NCBI RefSeq assembly: GCF_024502345.1
Contig: NZ_JALDNN010000001.1
DNA length: 64,000 nt
From: Escherichia coli
GTDB lineage: Bacteria > Pseudomonadota > Gammaproteobacteria > Enterobacterales > Enterobacteriaceae
Reading direction: 5' to 3' (one strand)
Below the pieces are notes generated by a model. That model did not search any database and was not told where the DNA came from. It saw nothing but the letters and a program-made list of their open reading frames with translations. Both the position numbers and the translations under genes were made by a program. Shown in pieces: positions 16,981-30,079 of this stretch; the first letter of the stretch is position 1; every line of letters starts with the position of its first letter.

Positions 16981-17450
16981 CGGCTGTCAGCGAAGCCAAC
17001 ATTCTGAGCACATTTGAGCAACTGCATCAGAGCAAAGGCGAGGTGTTTGAGCGTGGCGTGATTAACGTGTTTAAAGGTCTGAGCTGGGATTTTAAGAGTA
17101 ACAGCCCGTGTAAGTTCGGGAAAAAGATCATCGTGATAGGGCTGGTGAAACATGACCGATGGGGATTTGGGCTTAACTGGGGCTGGCAACGTGATCGTCT
17201 GGCGGATCTTGAACGCATGCTGATACTGCTTGATGGCAAACCCGTTCCCGACAACCGCGCTGACATTACCCGTAGGCTGGGCGATCATATTCATGAGAAC
17301 AGGCACAGTAACCGTTACGAGGATGAGATGCTTGTGATTAAGTATTTTCAGAAGGGAACGGCACACATCGTATTCAAGCGACCTGAGCTGGTCGATAAGC
17401 TGAACGACATCATCGCCCGGCACTATCCGGGAGCCCTGGCTGCGATGTGA
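16981..17450 (+). pseudogene. C-terminal part of the IS3-interrupted 277-aa gene
   Basis: in-frame continuation of 15355..15718 once IS3 + 4-bp duplication is removed (junction ...EDI|PAVSEAN...). Confidence 0.65.
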
Positions 17451-17552
17451 AGAGGGCTGGAAATAAAATTCTTACCTGACCCATTACCTGACCCAATCTA
17501 CGTCCAAAGAACAAGGAGTTAGATGATTTCTCATCTAACTCCTTGTTTTATT

Positions 17553-17628
17553 TGGTGGCCCCTCCCCGGCTTGAACGGGGGACCAAGCGATTATGAGTCG
17601 CCTGCTCTAACCACTGAGCTAAGGGGCC
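17553..17628 (-). tRNA. ileX: tRNA-Ile(CAU) (ileX-type, lysidine tRNA) with island-derived T-arm
   Basis: 76 nt incl. CCA; anticodon loop CTCATAA; acceptor/D/anticodon arms match K-12 ileX as recalled; T-stem CCCCG/CGGGG differs. Confidence 0.9.
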
Positions 17629-17752
17629 ATGGTAGCGGATTATAAAGTAACTCCGTGTCGCAATCCAGCCATTACCGCGCGCCTGCTGTTTTTATAAACA
17701 ATGTATTTTCAATCCGTTATACTTTTCCTGGTGATGTTAGAAAGGAGTAAAT

Positions 17753-18259
17753 ATGGTTGAGGATATTTTGGCTCCAGGGTTACGGGTCGTGTTTTGCGGT
17801 ATCAACCCTGGGCTTTCATCCGCCGGGACTGGTTTTCCCTTTGCTCATCCGGCAAATCGCTTCTGGAAGGTGATATATCAGGCCGGGTTTACCGACCGTC
17901 AGTTGAAGCCGCAGGAGGCACAGCATCTGCTGGATTATCGTTGTGGCGTCACCAAACTGGTAGACCGTCCAACGGTGCAAGCCAATGAAATTTCAAAGCA
18001 AGAGCTACACGCAGGTGGGCGTAAGCTGATTGAAAAAATTGAAGATTATCAGCCGCAAGCGTTGGCGATTCTGGGCAAACAAGCATATGAACAGGGATTC
18101 AGCCAGCGCGGTGCACAGTGGGGGAAACAAACGCTCAGCATTGGTTCGACGCAGATTTGGGTGCTGCCAAATCCCAGCGGTTTAAGTCGCGTTTCACTGG
18201 AGAAACTGGTTGAAGCGTATCGCGAGCTGGACCAGGCGCTGGTGGTGCGTGGGCGATAA
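17753..18259 (+). CDS. mug: G/U mismatch-specific DNA glycosylase Mug
   Basis: 168 aa, matches Mug. Confidence 0.95.
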   Translation: MVEDILAPGLRVVFCGINPGLSSAGTGFPFAHPANRFWKVIYQAGFTDRQLKPQEAQHLLDYRCGVTKLVDRPTVQANEISKQELHAGGRKLIEKIEDYQPQALAILGKQAYEQGFSQRGAQWGKQTLSIGSTQIWVLPNPSGLSRVSLEKLVEAYRELDQALVVRGR

Positions 18260-18260
18260 A

Positions 18261-18286
18261 AAACGCCACCGAAAAGGTGGCGTTTG
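18261..18286. terminator. bidirectional rho-independent terminator (mug / rpoD)
   Basis: aaaacgccacc gaaa aggtggcgttt. Confidence 0.8.
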
Positions 18287-18294
18287 TGCAAAGG

Positions 18295-18335
18295 GACAGG
18301 TGCCGGGTGCGGCGTAACGCCTGATCCGGCCTACC
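18295..18335. repeat. REP-like unit
   Basis: ggcgtaacgcctgatccggcctac. Confidence 0.6.
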
Positions 18336-18337
18336 GA

Positions 18338-20179
<1,842 letters not shown>

Positions 20180-20373
20180 AAGACGGTATCCACACTTATT
20201 TCATGAGGTTGGTGTTGGGCGATTGACCCGATGTCCTTCAGCCGTTAACGCTGAAATCCAACGGTTGTTTACCGCCAACGATAATTACGAGGGCGTACTT
20301 ATATATTTGCCGCTGCCTCTCAGTGCGGCTGTCGGGGGCTTCCCGATCGCTCTTCGGCACTTAAGCCGTTAAA

Positions 20374-22119
20374 TCACTTTTTCGCCAGCTCCTGGTTTAA
20401 TGTCCAGAGCTCCAGGCGTTCTTCGTTGCTTAAACCATGCGTGCGCTCACGAGCGATTAACTCTTCCTGGCGCAGTTCAAGCAGCGAATCAAACATATGG
20501 TTGAGTGAGTCGGTGAAGGTTTGCTCAGCAATATTCTTATCTGCTATATCGTCCCACATCGACAGTTTTTCAAGGGTGGCAGCATTATTTGTACCACGAT
20601 AGTGCTCTAAAAGTTGCCCGGTGGTCAGACCTGGCTGGGAGAGACAAGTGTTGACCAGTTCTCTGAATAAGCCAAGTCCAGGGAGCTTATTTTCATCCAG
20701 ATTCTCAAGCGGCGGGACCAACGTCGCTAATTCTGGATTTTGCACCAGCAACCCTATAAGTATACGCATGGTCGTGCGTTTTAGCTGCGGAACAGGGCGA
20801 GAAACGCCGCTCTCTGCCGCTTTTGGCATTAATCGTTCAAGCTGGCTGTCATCAAGTATGCCTAATTTGTTGCCTAATTCCTGACGAAGATATATTCGCA
20901 GCGTTTCGCCCGGCACTTGCGATATCAATGGCAGTGCCAGCGTACTCAAACGTGCGCGCCCGTCAGGGGTACTCAGATCAACTTGCGGCATCAGGCTGTT
21001 AAACAGAAATGCGGAAAGCGGCATCGCCTGCTCCATCCGCGCTTCAAACGCTTCTTTACCTTCTTTTCGTACCAGCGTGTCAGGGTCTTCGCCATCCGGC
21101 AAAAACATAAAGCGTAGCTGACGGCCGTCTGTCATGTAAGGCAGCGCCGTTTCCAGCGCTCGCCATGCGGCATCGCGGCCTGCACGGTCGCCGTCATAAC
21201 AGCAAATGACATTGTTGGTCGCGCGGAACAACAGTTGTATGTGATCGGCGGTGGTTGACGTACCTAACGACGCAACGGCGTAATTAATGCCGTATTGCGC
21301 CAGCGCCACCACGTCCATATAGCCTTCGACCACAAGCAGACGATTGGGTTCAGCGTTATCCTGCTGCGCTTCATAAAGACCGTAAAGCTGGCGGCCTTTA
21401 TGGAAAATGTCTGTTTCCGGCGAGTTCAGGTATTTGGGGGTATCGTTGCCCAGCACGCGCCCGCCAAAACCAATCACCCGACCGCGTTTATCGCGAATGG
21501 GGAACATCACCCGCTCGCGGAAACGATCGTAACTGCGTCCCTGATCGTTAGTGACCAACATCCCCGCATCAATCAATGACTGGCGATTTTCTGGATTGCC
21601 GCCAAACCGCTTCAGGACGTTGTCCCAGCCGGGGGGCGCAAAACCAATCGCAAAGCGAGCGATAACCTCGTGGCTTAATCCGCGTTTTTCCAGATACTGG
21701 CGCGCAGACGTGGCAACAGGTTGTTGTAAAGATTGTTGGTAAAACGTATTCAGACCGTCCATCAACTGATAAAGCGTTTGCCTCTGATGGCGCTCGATCT
21801 GGCTGGGGCCGCTGCCTGCTTCAAATGGCACTTCAAGATTGTGCATTGCTGCCAGCTCTTCGACCGTTTCAACGAACTCGAGCTTGTCGTAGTTCATCAG
21901 GAAGTCGATCGCGTTGCCGTGCGCGCCACATCCAAAGCAGTGGTAAAACTGTTTCTCACCGTTAACGGTGAATGACGGGGTTTTCTCGTTGTGGAATGGA
22001 CAACACGCGTGGAAATTCTTGCCCTGCTTTTTCAGCTTCACACGGGCATCGATCAGATCGACGATGTCAGTGCGTGCCAGCAGATCATTAATGAATACGC
22101 GTGGGATTCGTCCAGCCAT
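20374..22119 (-). CDS. dnaG: DNA primase DnaG
   Basis: 581 aa, zinc ribbon CCPFHNEKTPSF. Confidence 0.98.
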   Translation of the reverse strand: MAGRIPRVFINDLLARTDIVDLIDARVKLKKQGKNFHACCPFHNEKTPSFTVNGEKQFYHCFGCGAHGNAIDFLMNYDKLEFVETVEELAAMHNLEVPFEAGSGPSQIERHQRQTLYQLMDGLNTFYQQSLQQPVATSARQYLEKRGLSHEVIARFAIGFAPPGWDNVLKRFGGNPENRQSLIDAGMLVTNDQGRSYDRFRERVMFPIRDKRGRVIGFGGRVLGNDTPKYLNSPETDIFHKGRQLYGLYEAQQDNAEPNRLLVVEGYMDVVALAQYGINYAVASLGTSTTADHIQLLFRATNNVICCYDGDRAGRDAAWRALETALPYMTDGRQLRFMFLPDGEDPDTLVRKEGKEAFEARMEQAMPLSAFLFNSLMPQVDLSTPDGRARLSTLALPLISQVPGETLRIYLRQELGNKLGILDDSQLERLMPKAAESGVSRPVPQLKRTTMRILIGLLVQNPELATLVPPLENLDENKLPGLGLFRELVNTCLSQPGLTTGQLLEHYRGTNNAATLEKLSMWDDIADKNIAEQTFTDSLNHMFDSLLELRQEELIARERTHGLSNEERLELWTLNQELAKK

Positions 22120-22159
22120 AGGCCCCGATTTTTAGCAATTCATAAACGAAAATAAGCCG

Positions 22160-22195
22160 CGCATTCCTTTCGGAAGCACGGCCTTACAACTACAA
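22160..22195 (-). terminator. partial terminator between rpsU and dnaG
   Basis: imperfect hairpin gccgtgcttcc/ggaatgcgcggc followed by T-run on minus strand. Confidence 0.5.
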
Positions 22196-22229
22196 CTCGG
22201 TCTGATCGGAGAGCAACGCTCTCGGGGAA

Positions 22230-22484
<255 letters not shown>

Positions 22485-22682
22485 TCAACGCCAGCTTATT
22501 TCAAAATGGTGCGGAATTTTACTGCAATTGCTGCTGCTTTGTAAAGCACCGCGGCCTTTTTTGAAAGGGACTTTTATAAGGGTGAGGAGTATACACGAGG
22601 CTTTCTCCAGGGGCGAACAAAGTTTTACATCAACCCGCATTGGTCCTACACTGCGCGGTAATAAAGCGAGGTAAAACAAGTC

Positions 22683-23696
22683 ATGCGTGTACTGGGTATT
22701 GAAACTTCCTGCGATGAAACCGGCATCGCCATTTACGACGATGAAAAAGGTTTGTTAGCCAACCAATTGTATAGTCAGGTGAAATTGCACGCTGACTACG
22801 GCGGCGTCGTGCCTGAACTGGCCTCCCGCGATCACGTGCGCAAAACCGTACCGTTGATCCAGGCGGCGCTAAAGGAGTCTGGTTTAACGGCAAAAGACAT
22901 TGATGCTGTGGCCTATACCGCAGGCCCTGGATTAGTCGGCGCACTGCTGGTTGGCGCAACCGTGGGGCGTTCTCTGGCGTTTGCCTGGAACGTTCCGGCA
23001 ATCCCGGTACACCATATGGAAGGGCATCTGTTAGCGCCGATGCTGGAAGATAACCCGCCGGAATTTCCGTTTGTCGCGCTGCTGGTGTCCGGCGGTCATA
23101 CGCAGTTAATCAGCGTGACTGGCATTGGTCAGTACGAGCTGCTCGGCGAGTCTATTGATGATGCCGCCGGTGAAGCGTTTGATAAAACCGCGAAGCTGCT
23201 GGGGCTGGATTATCCTGGCGGACCGTTACTGTCGAAAATGGCGGCTCAGGGTACTGCCGGGCGCTTTGTTTTCCCGCGTCCGATGACCGACCGTCCGGGG
23301 CTGGATTTCAGCTTTTCTGGTCTGAAAACCTTTGCGGCGAACACGATTCGTGACAACGGCACCGACGACCAGACGCGTGCTGATATCGCCCGCGCCTTTG
23401 AAGATGCGGTGGTCGATACGTTGATGATTAAGTGTAAGCGAGCGTTGGATCAGACGGGCTTTAAGCGACTGGTCATGGCGGGCGGCGTGAGTGCTAACCG
23501 CACGTTACGGGCGAAGCTGGCTGAAATGATGAAAAAACGCCGCGGCGAAGTGTTCTACGCGCGTCCGGAGTTTTGTACTGATAACGGCGCGATGATCGCC
23601 TATGCCGGAATGGTGCGGTTTAAAGCAGGCGCGACGGCGGATCTCGGCGTTAGCGTGCGTCCGCGCTGGCCGCTGGCGGAGTTACCGGCTGCGTAA
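22683..23696 (+). CDS. tsaD: tRNA t6A37 threonylcarbamoyltransferase TsaD (YgjD)
   Basis: 337 aa. Confidence 0.97.
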   Translation: MRVLGIETSCDETGIAIYDDEKGLLANQLYSQVKLHADYGGVVPELASRDHVRKTVPLIQAALKESGLTAKDIDAVAYTAGPGLVGALLVGATVGRSLAFAWNVPAIPVHHMEGHLLAPMLEDNPPEFPFVALLVSGGHTQLISVTGIGQYELLGESIDDAAGEAFDKTAKLLGLDYPGGPLLSKMAAQGTAGRFVFPRPMTDRPGLDFSFSGLKTFAANTIRDNGTDDQTRADIARAFEDAVVDTLMIKCKRALDQTGFKRLVMAGGVSANRTLRAKLAEMMKKRRGEVFYARPEFCTDNGAMIAYAGMVRFKAGATADLGVSVRPRWPLAELPAA

Positions 23697-23738
23697 AACT
23701 ATTGGGTGCCGGAGAGCAATTTCCGGCACCGTCCTCAC

Positions 23739-25202
23739 TTAAAGCAACACCACGGGCATCCACAGTAAGCCGGTAATCACCAGCAACACGAGGAATATCA
23801 GCCCAAAAATCGCCCCCAGTCGCCAGTAATCCGCCGTTGGCAGATAACCACTACCGTAGTAAATCGGACTGGGTCCGGTGGCGTATGGTGTAAGAATGCT
23901 CCCCAGACCAATTGCCGCACCAACCATCAGGCAGAACACCGGCAGCGGGATTTCCGGCATCGCCAGCGCAGCGGCAATCATCATCGGTGCGAGAGCGGAG
24001 GTATACGCCGTGGCGCTGGCAAAAAAGTAGCGCAGCAGATAAAACACCACAATCAACGCCACCATCACCATCGTCGGCGAATAACCGCTTAAGCTGCCTG
24101 CTAACAGTTTGCCAAACCAGCTAATAAAACCGGTGTTGTTGAGTCCGGTAGCGAGGGTGATAAGCGAGGCCAGCCAGAAGAAAACGTTCCACGCGGCTTT
24201 ATTACTGACAATGTCGTCCCAACTGATAATGCGCAGAAGCAGCATCAGCGCCACCACGCTGTAACCGACCATCGCGGCATCGATATAATCACCGCCGAAA
24301 ATCCACAGCACCAGCGCGCCTACCATCAGCCCCAGCATCCGTTTTTCACGCGAACAGAGCGGGCCCATTGCCTGCAGTTCCTTCTCTGCCCAGCGCGGCA
24401 CCTGATCGCCTGACTTCAGTACAGGCGGGTACAGCACGTAAGCCAGCCAGGGAACCAGCAGGACCAGTAAAATACTGAGCGGCAACATCCCAAGGAACCA
24501 GTCGCCCCAACTCAGCGTGGTGTGAGATGCGCTTTTCATCAGTCCAATTAACAGCAAGTTAGGAGCCATCGCCGTCAGGAAAATGGCGCTGGTCACGCAG
24601 TCGGCAACAATCCCCATCCACATGATGTACGAGCCAATGCTGCGTGAACTGCTGTCGTTTGGTTGTGATTGATAGAGCGGTGGCAGGTTACGGATGATGG
24701 GATAGATAATCCCCGCACCACGCGCCGAGTTGGACGGTGTTACAGGTGCCAGGATCAGCTCGGAGAACATCACCGCATAGCCGAGAAACAGCGTGCGATG
24801 TCCCATCTTTTTCACCAGAATCAGCGCGATACGTCGCCCCAGCCCGGTTTTTTCATAGCCTGTGCCAAACATAAAGGCGGCGAAAATCAGCCAGATAACC
24901 GAATTAGAAAAACCGGAAACCGCCCACGAGAGGGATTTTGCAGTGAATTTAAAGCCTGGCTGGGCGAGCTGTTCGGGGCTGAACAGCAGCCAGGGAGAGA
25001 GTATGGCGATGATGGAGATACCCACCATCGCCACCACGGCACCCGGCACGGGTTCGAGGATCAGTCCAACGATTACGCCAGTAAAAACGGCAAAGTAGAG
25101 CCAGGTATGACTCTCCAGCCCTGCGGGAACCGGAATTAGAGCAATAATGGCGATGACCGCCAGCGGCGCAAGGTATCGCCACCATTCAGTGGAAGGTTTC
25201 AT
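23739..25202 (-). CDS. ttdT: L-tartrate/succinate antiporter TtdT
   Basis: 487 aa polytopic membrane protein. Confidence 0.93.
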   Translation of the reverse strand: MKPSTEWWRYLAPLAVIAIIALIPVPAGLESHTWLYFAVFTGVIVGLILEPVPGAVVAMVGISIIAILSPWLLFSPEQLAQPGFKFTAKSLSWAVSGFSNSVIWLIFAAFMFGTGYEKTGLGRRIALILVKKMGHRTLFLGYAVMFSELILAPVTPSNSARGAGIIYPIIRNLPPLYQSQPNDSSSRSIGSYIMWMGIVADCVTSAIFLTAMAPNLLLIGLMKSASHTTLSWGDWFLGMLPLSILLVLLVPWLAYVLYPPVLKSGDQVPRWAEKELQAMGPLCSREKRMLGLMVGALVLWIFGGDYIDAAMVGYSVVALMLLLRIISWDDIVSNKAAWNVFFWLASLITLATGLNNTGFISWFGKLLAGSLSGYSPTMVMVALIVVFYLLRYFFASATAYTSALAPMMIAAALAMPEIPLPVFCLMVGAAIGLGSILTPYATGPSPIYYGSGYLPTADYWRLGAIFGLIFLVLLVITGLLWMPVVLL

Positions 25203-25249
25203 CGTGTTATGCCTGCGAAAAAGGAGAGGTGCGAGCCTCTCCTTGAGGG

Positions 25250-25855
25250 TTATTTGATGTAATGGACGTGCTCGCAGATCTCTTCCACGATGGGATCGCG
25301 GCGTTCGGCGAACAGCTTTTTGTTTTCGGCTATCAGGTTGTTGCCGTGGGTATCAATAGAGACAATCAGCGGGCCGAACTCTTTGACCCGGCAGACCCAC
25401 AGTGACTCCGGCATCCCGAGTTCTGTCCAGTGCACTTCTTCAATCTCTTCTACTTGGGTTGCCGCCAGCACCGCGCAGCCTGCCGGGAAAATCACATGTA
25501 GCGCCTTGAATTTCTGGCAGCCTTCTTCGGTCAGCGGCCCCATTCCGCCTTTGCCGACCACCAGTTTCACGCCGGTCTGCTCGATAAATTCACGTTCAAA
25601 ACTTTCCATACGCATACTGGTTGTCGGACCGACGGAGACCATCTCCCATTTGTCGCCGTTTTTGCGCACGATGGGGCCAGCGTGGAAAATCGCTTTGCCG
25701 TTGAGATCGTAAGGGATCGGACGTTTCAGTTCGATCAAGCGGCGGTGACAAACGTCGCGGCAGGTCACCAGCGTACCGGTCAGGTAGATCACATCGCCGA
25801 CGCGAATATCTTGCAGATCTTCAGCTTTGATCGGGGTTGTCAGGATCTTTTTCAT
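25250..25855 (-). CDS. ttdB: L(+)-tartrate dehydratase beta subunit
   Basis: 201 aa. Confidence 0.95.
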
Positions 25856-26763
25856 AACGCGCTCCGGGTGTGAGACAGATTTTCAAAGGAGAGATCGGCA
25901 TGAACCAGCAGTGTGCCGCGACGATGCGCCCAGCAGCCTGTAGAAACAGCAACGCCGATGGTTGACGGATGGCGAGCGGCAGATTCGATATGCACGCCCA
26001 TCACTGAACTGTTGCCAGTCAGCCCTTGTGGACCAATCCCCAGACGGTTGAGTCCTTCTTCCAGGCGTAGCTCCAGCTCTGCCGCTTTTGGATTGGGGTG
26101 GCGGCTGCCAATCGGGCGCAAAATGGCTTTTCGCGAGAGCACGGCGGCGGTTTCCACCGAGGTGGCGATGCCCACGCCCACCAGTACCGGTGGACAGGCG
26201 TTTACGGCGAGGGTGGAGATATTTTCGAAGACGAATTTCACTACGCCTTCGTAGCCTTCTGACGGCATTAACACTTTCGAGCGGCCTGGTAGCGTGCAGC
26301 CGCCGCCTGCCATGTAAACTTCGATTTCCGCATCGTCACCGTCGGGGACGATATCCCAGGTGACCCACGGTACGCCGCTGCCGGTATTTTTGCCTGTGTT
26401 CACTTCGTCAAAAATTTCTACCGCATTGTGACGCAGTGGCGCTTTGACGGTTGCCTCTTCCACGGCTTGTTTGAGTATGCTTTGCAGCTCGCCAAGCAGT
26501 GGGAAGCGGGAACCGACTTTAACGAAGAACATAATCTCCCCGGTGTCCTGACAGGCAGGACGATTCAGGTCAATCGCTTTTTGCATGTTGTCGAACATCG
26601 TATGGTAGATGATTTTCCCCATCGACGACGTTTCGGCATCCTTTAGCTGTTTTAGTTTATCCACCACGTCATCAGGCATTCGGGTAGAAATCATGGCGGT
26701 AAAGTTAGCGACAATCTCTGTCAACTTATTCACTGCCTGTTGCTTATTACTTTCGCTCATCAT
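25852..26763 (-). CDS. ttdA: L(+)-tartrate dehydratase alpha subunit
   Basis: trimmed from track ORF to MMSESNK start (303 aa); stop overlaps ttdB start. Confidence 0.93.
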
Positions 26764-26969
26764 GGCAACTCCAGTTTCTGTATTTGTCTGGAAAAATTTA
26801 CCGTCACAAACTACCACTAAAAATGTGGTTTTATATTTTTTGCCACCGTGAATATGTAATTAACAGTTCGTGAATCAACGCGAAAATAAGAATGAATATT
26901 GCGCCAGAGCAGGGAATGGCAATGTTTTGCGAAATACACTGCGCTTATCACAACTGCGGATAATTAACG

Positions 26970-27902
26970 ATGCTGAATAGCTGGCCTTTAGCCAAAGACT
27001 TGCAGGTACTGGTAGAAATCGTCCACAGCGGGAGTTTTAGTGCTGCAGCGGCGACGCTTGGGCAAACGCCTGCATTTGTCACCAAGCGGATCCAAATCCT
27101 TGAAAATACGCTGGCAACAACGCTGCTGAACCGCTCCGCTCGCGGCGTGGCGCTGACTGAAAGTGGCCAACGTTGTTACGAACATGCGCTGGAAATCCTC
27201 ACCCAATATCAGCGACTGGTCGATGACGTCACGCAAATCAAAACGCGCCCGGAGGGGATGATTCGTATTGGTTGCAGTTTTGGTTTTGGGCGCAGCCATA
27301 TTGCGCCAGCCATTACCGAACTGATGCGCAATTATCCTGAGTTACAGGTGCATTTTGAATTGTTCGATCGACAAATTGATTTAGTGCAGGATAATATTGA
27401 TCTGGATATTCGTATTAATGACGAAATTCCTGATTATTATATTGCGCATCTTTTGACAAAAAATAAAAGAATATTATGCGCAGCACCTGAGTATCTGCAA
27501 AAATATCCGCAGCCACAATCCCTACAGGAATTAAGTCGTCATGACTGTCTGGTGACCAAAGAGCGCGATATGACCCACGGAATATGGGAGTTGGGGAACG
27601 GTCAGGAGAAAAAATCGGTGAAGGTTAGCGGGCATCTTTCCTCCAATAGCGGCGAGATAGTGCTGCAATGGGCGCTGGAGGGCAAAGGGATTATGCTGCG
27701 TTCCGAGTGGGATGTGTTGCCGTTTCTGGAGAGTGGCAAACTGGTGCGAGTATTGCCGGAGTATGCACAAAGCGCCAATATCTGGGCTGTTTACCGGGAG
27801 CCGCTCTATCGCAGCATGAAATTACGTGTCTGCGTGGAATTTCTGGCGGCATGGTGCCAGCAACGGCTGGGCAAGCCCGATGAAGGCTATCAGGTCATGT
27901 AG
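26970..27902 (+). CDS. ttdR: LysR-type regulator TtdR
   Basis: 310 aa, divergent from ttdA. Confidence 0.93.
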   Translation: MLNSWPLAKDLQVLVEIVHSGSFSAAAATLGQTPAFVTKRIQILENTLATTLLNRSARGVALTESGQRCYEHALEILTQYQRLVDDVTQIKTRPEGMIRIGCSFGFGRSHIAPAITELMRNYPELQVHFELFDRQIDLVQDNIDLDIRINDEIPDYYIAHLLTKNKRILCAAPEYLQKYPQPQSLQELSRHDCLVTKERDMTHGIWELGNGQEKKSVKVSGHLSSNSGEIVLQWALEGKGIMLRSEWDVLPFLESGKLVRVLPEYAQSANIWAVYREPLYRSMKLRVCVEFLAAWCQQRLGKPDEGYQVM

Positions 27903-27914
27903 ATCCACCAGAAA

Positions 27915-28532
27915 TCACTCGGGATCCTTTTCGCGCTTTCTTTTGAATTTCGTCCAGATTTTTGTCTCCTGACGACGCCACAGACGCTGGATGTTGTCAT
28001 GATGACGCAGCAGGATCAGGCAAGAGAGCATCGAAACCGGGAAGGTGAATTGTGGCTTAAACCACCAGACATAAAACGGAGCAATCAGTGCACTGACAAT
28101 CGCTCCCAGCGACGAGTATCCGCTCATTAGCACGGTCAGTAACCAGGTTCCCGCCATTACTCCGGTGAGATCCCAGCCAATTGGTGCGATTGCTCCAAAA
28201 GCGGTAGCAACGCCTTTTCCTCCTTTAAAACCGAAGAAAACGGGCCAGATGTGTCCAAGACAGGCGGCGATGGCAATTAAGCCTAGCCAGAAGGGGCTGA
28301 CACCTAATTCATACGCGCCCCAGACAGGCAACATTCCTTTCAGAACGTCGAAAATCAGTACTGCTACGGCTGCTCCCTTGCCACCGATACGTAACACATT
28401 GGTTGCGCCGGGATTGCCGGAGCCGCTGGTTCGCGGATCGGGCAGCCCACACAAGCGGCAAACCAGAATGGCACTGGAAATGGAGCCGCAGAGGTACGCG
28501 ATGAGGATCATTCCAGGCGCGATTGCACTCAT
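27915..28532 (-). CDS. plsY: glycerol-3-phosphate acyltransferase PlsY
   Basis: 205 aa. Confidence 0.95.
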   Translation of the reverse strand: MSAIAPGMILIAYLCGSISSAILVCRLCGLPDPRTSGSGNPGATNVLRIGGKGAAVAVLIFDVLKGMLPVWGAYELGVSPFWLGLIAIAACLGHIWPVFFGFKGGKGVATAFGAIAPIGWDLTGVMAGTWLLTVLMSGYSSLGAIVSALIAPFYVWWFKPQFTFPVSMLSCLILLRHHDNIQRLWRRQETKIWTKFKRKREKDPE

Positions 28533-28636
28533 AAGCTGTTCCGTTTTGAAAATTCGTGTTCAACGATGAATCTGTGGATAATACGCACATTTCGCCGGAA
28601 GTGGTATCCGGTTAGCCAAAAAGCAGGCAGGACGTG

Positions 28637-29005
28637 ATGGATATTGTATTTATAGAGCAACTTTCGGTAATCACCACTATTGGTGTTTACGACTGGGAAC
28701 AGACCATCGAACAGAAGTTAGTGTTCGATATCGAAATGGCGTGGGATAACCGTAAAGCGGCGAAAAGTGATGATGTGGCGGATTGTCTCAGCTACGCTGA
28801 CATTGCAGAAACGGTGGTCAGCCACGTCGAGGGGGCACGTTTTGCGCTGGTGGAGCGCGTGGCGGAAGAGGTGGCGGAGCTGCTGTTAGCACGCTTCAAC
28901 TCGCCGTGGGTGCGTATCAAACTCAGCAAGCCAGGCGCAGTGGCGCGGGCGGCGAATGTTGGCGTAATCATTGAGCGTGGCAATAATCTGAAAGAAAATA
29001 ATTAA
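28637..29005 (+). CDS. folB: dihydroneopterin aldolase FolB
   Basis: ATG at 28637 (track start 28634 is GTG); 122 aa. Confidence 0.95.
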   Translation: MDIVFIEQLSVITTIGVYDWEQTIEQKLVFDIEMAWDNRKAAKSDDVADCLSYADIAETVVSHVEGARFALVERVAEEVAELLLARFNSPWVRIKLSKPGAVARAANVGVIIERGNNLKENN

Positions 29006-29095
29006 TTTTACAGCTGTTAAACCAAACGGTTATAACCTGGTCATACTGCAGTAGTTCGGACAAGCGGTACATTTTAATAATTTAGGGGTTTATTG

Positions 29096-29917
29096 ATGAG
29101 CGATATGCACTCGCTGCTGATAGCGGCAATATTGGGTGTGGTCGAAGGATTGACAGAATTTCTGCCGGTATCCAGCACGGGCCATATGATTATTGTCGGT
29201 CACTTGTTGGGGTTTGAGGGCGACACGGCGAAAACCTTTGAAGTTGTGATCCAGTTAGGATCAATTCTGGCGGTAGTAGTGATGTTCTGGCGGCGTCTGT
29301 TTGGCCTGATTGGCATCCACTTTGGCCGCCCGTTGCAGCACGAAGGAGAAAGCAAAGGTCGTTTAACGCTGATCCACATTTTGCTGGGGATGATTCCGGC
29401 GGTGGTACTGGGGCTGTTGTTCCACGACACGATTAAGTCATTGTTTAACCCGATAAATGTGATGTATGCGCTGGTCGTTGGCGGTTTGTTGCTGATTGCC
29501 GCCGAATGCCTGAAGCCGAAAGAGCCGCGCGCACCGGGTCTGGATGATATGACCTATCGTCAGGCGTTTATGATTGGCTGCTTCCAGTGTCTGGCGCTGT
29601 GGCCGGGTTTCTCCCGCTCCGGGGCGACCATTTCAGGTGGGATGCTGATGGGCGTGAGCCGTTACGCTGCTTCCGAGTTCTCGTTCCTGCTGGCGGTACC
29701 GATGATGATGGGCGCAACGGCGCTCGATCTCTACAAAAGCTGGGGCTTCCTGACAACCGGCGATATCCCGATGTTTGCCGTTGGGTTTATCACCGCTTTT
29801 GTGGTGGCGCTGATAGCGATTAAAACCTTCCTGCAATTGATTAAGCGCATTTCGTTTATCCCGTTCGCCATTTATCGCTTTATTGTGGCGGCTGCGGTGT
29901 ACGTCGTGTTCTTTTGA
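29096..29917 (+). CDS. uppP: undecaprenyl-diphosphatase UppP (BacA)
   Basis: ATG at 29096; 273 aa. Confidence 0.95.
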
Positions 29918-29929
29918 TTGAGAAAAGGT

Positions 29930-30060
29930 TCGGGAGCAGGCCTGGTTTTCTCCCTCGCTCTGTAGGGAGAGGGCCGGGGTGGGGGTGATTGTTCGCACCG
30001 GTGCTGGTCTGTTCCCCTCACCCTAACCCTCTCCCCGAAGGGGCGAGGGGATGGTTCGTG
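29930..30060. repeat. GC-rich intergenic palindromic units (boxC-like)
   Basis: tctccctcgctctgtagggagagggccgggg ... ccctctccccgaaggggcgagggg. Confidence 0.5.
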
Positions 30061-30079
30061 TTAACGTTTAGTTTTATAC

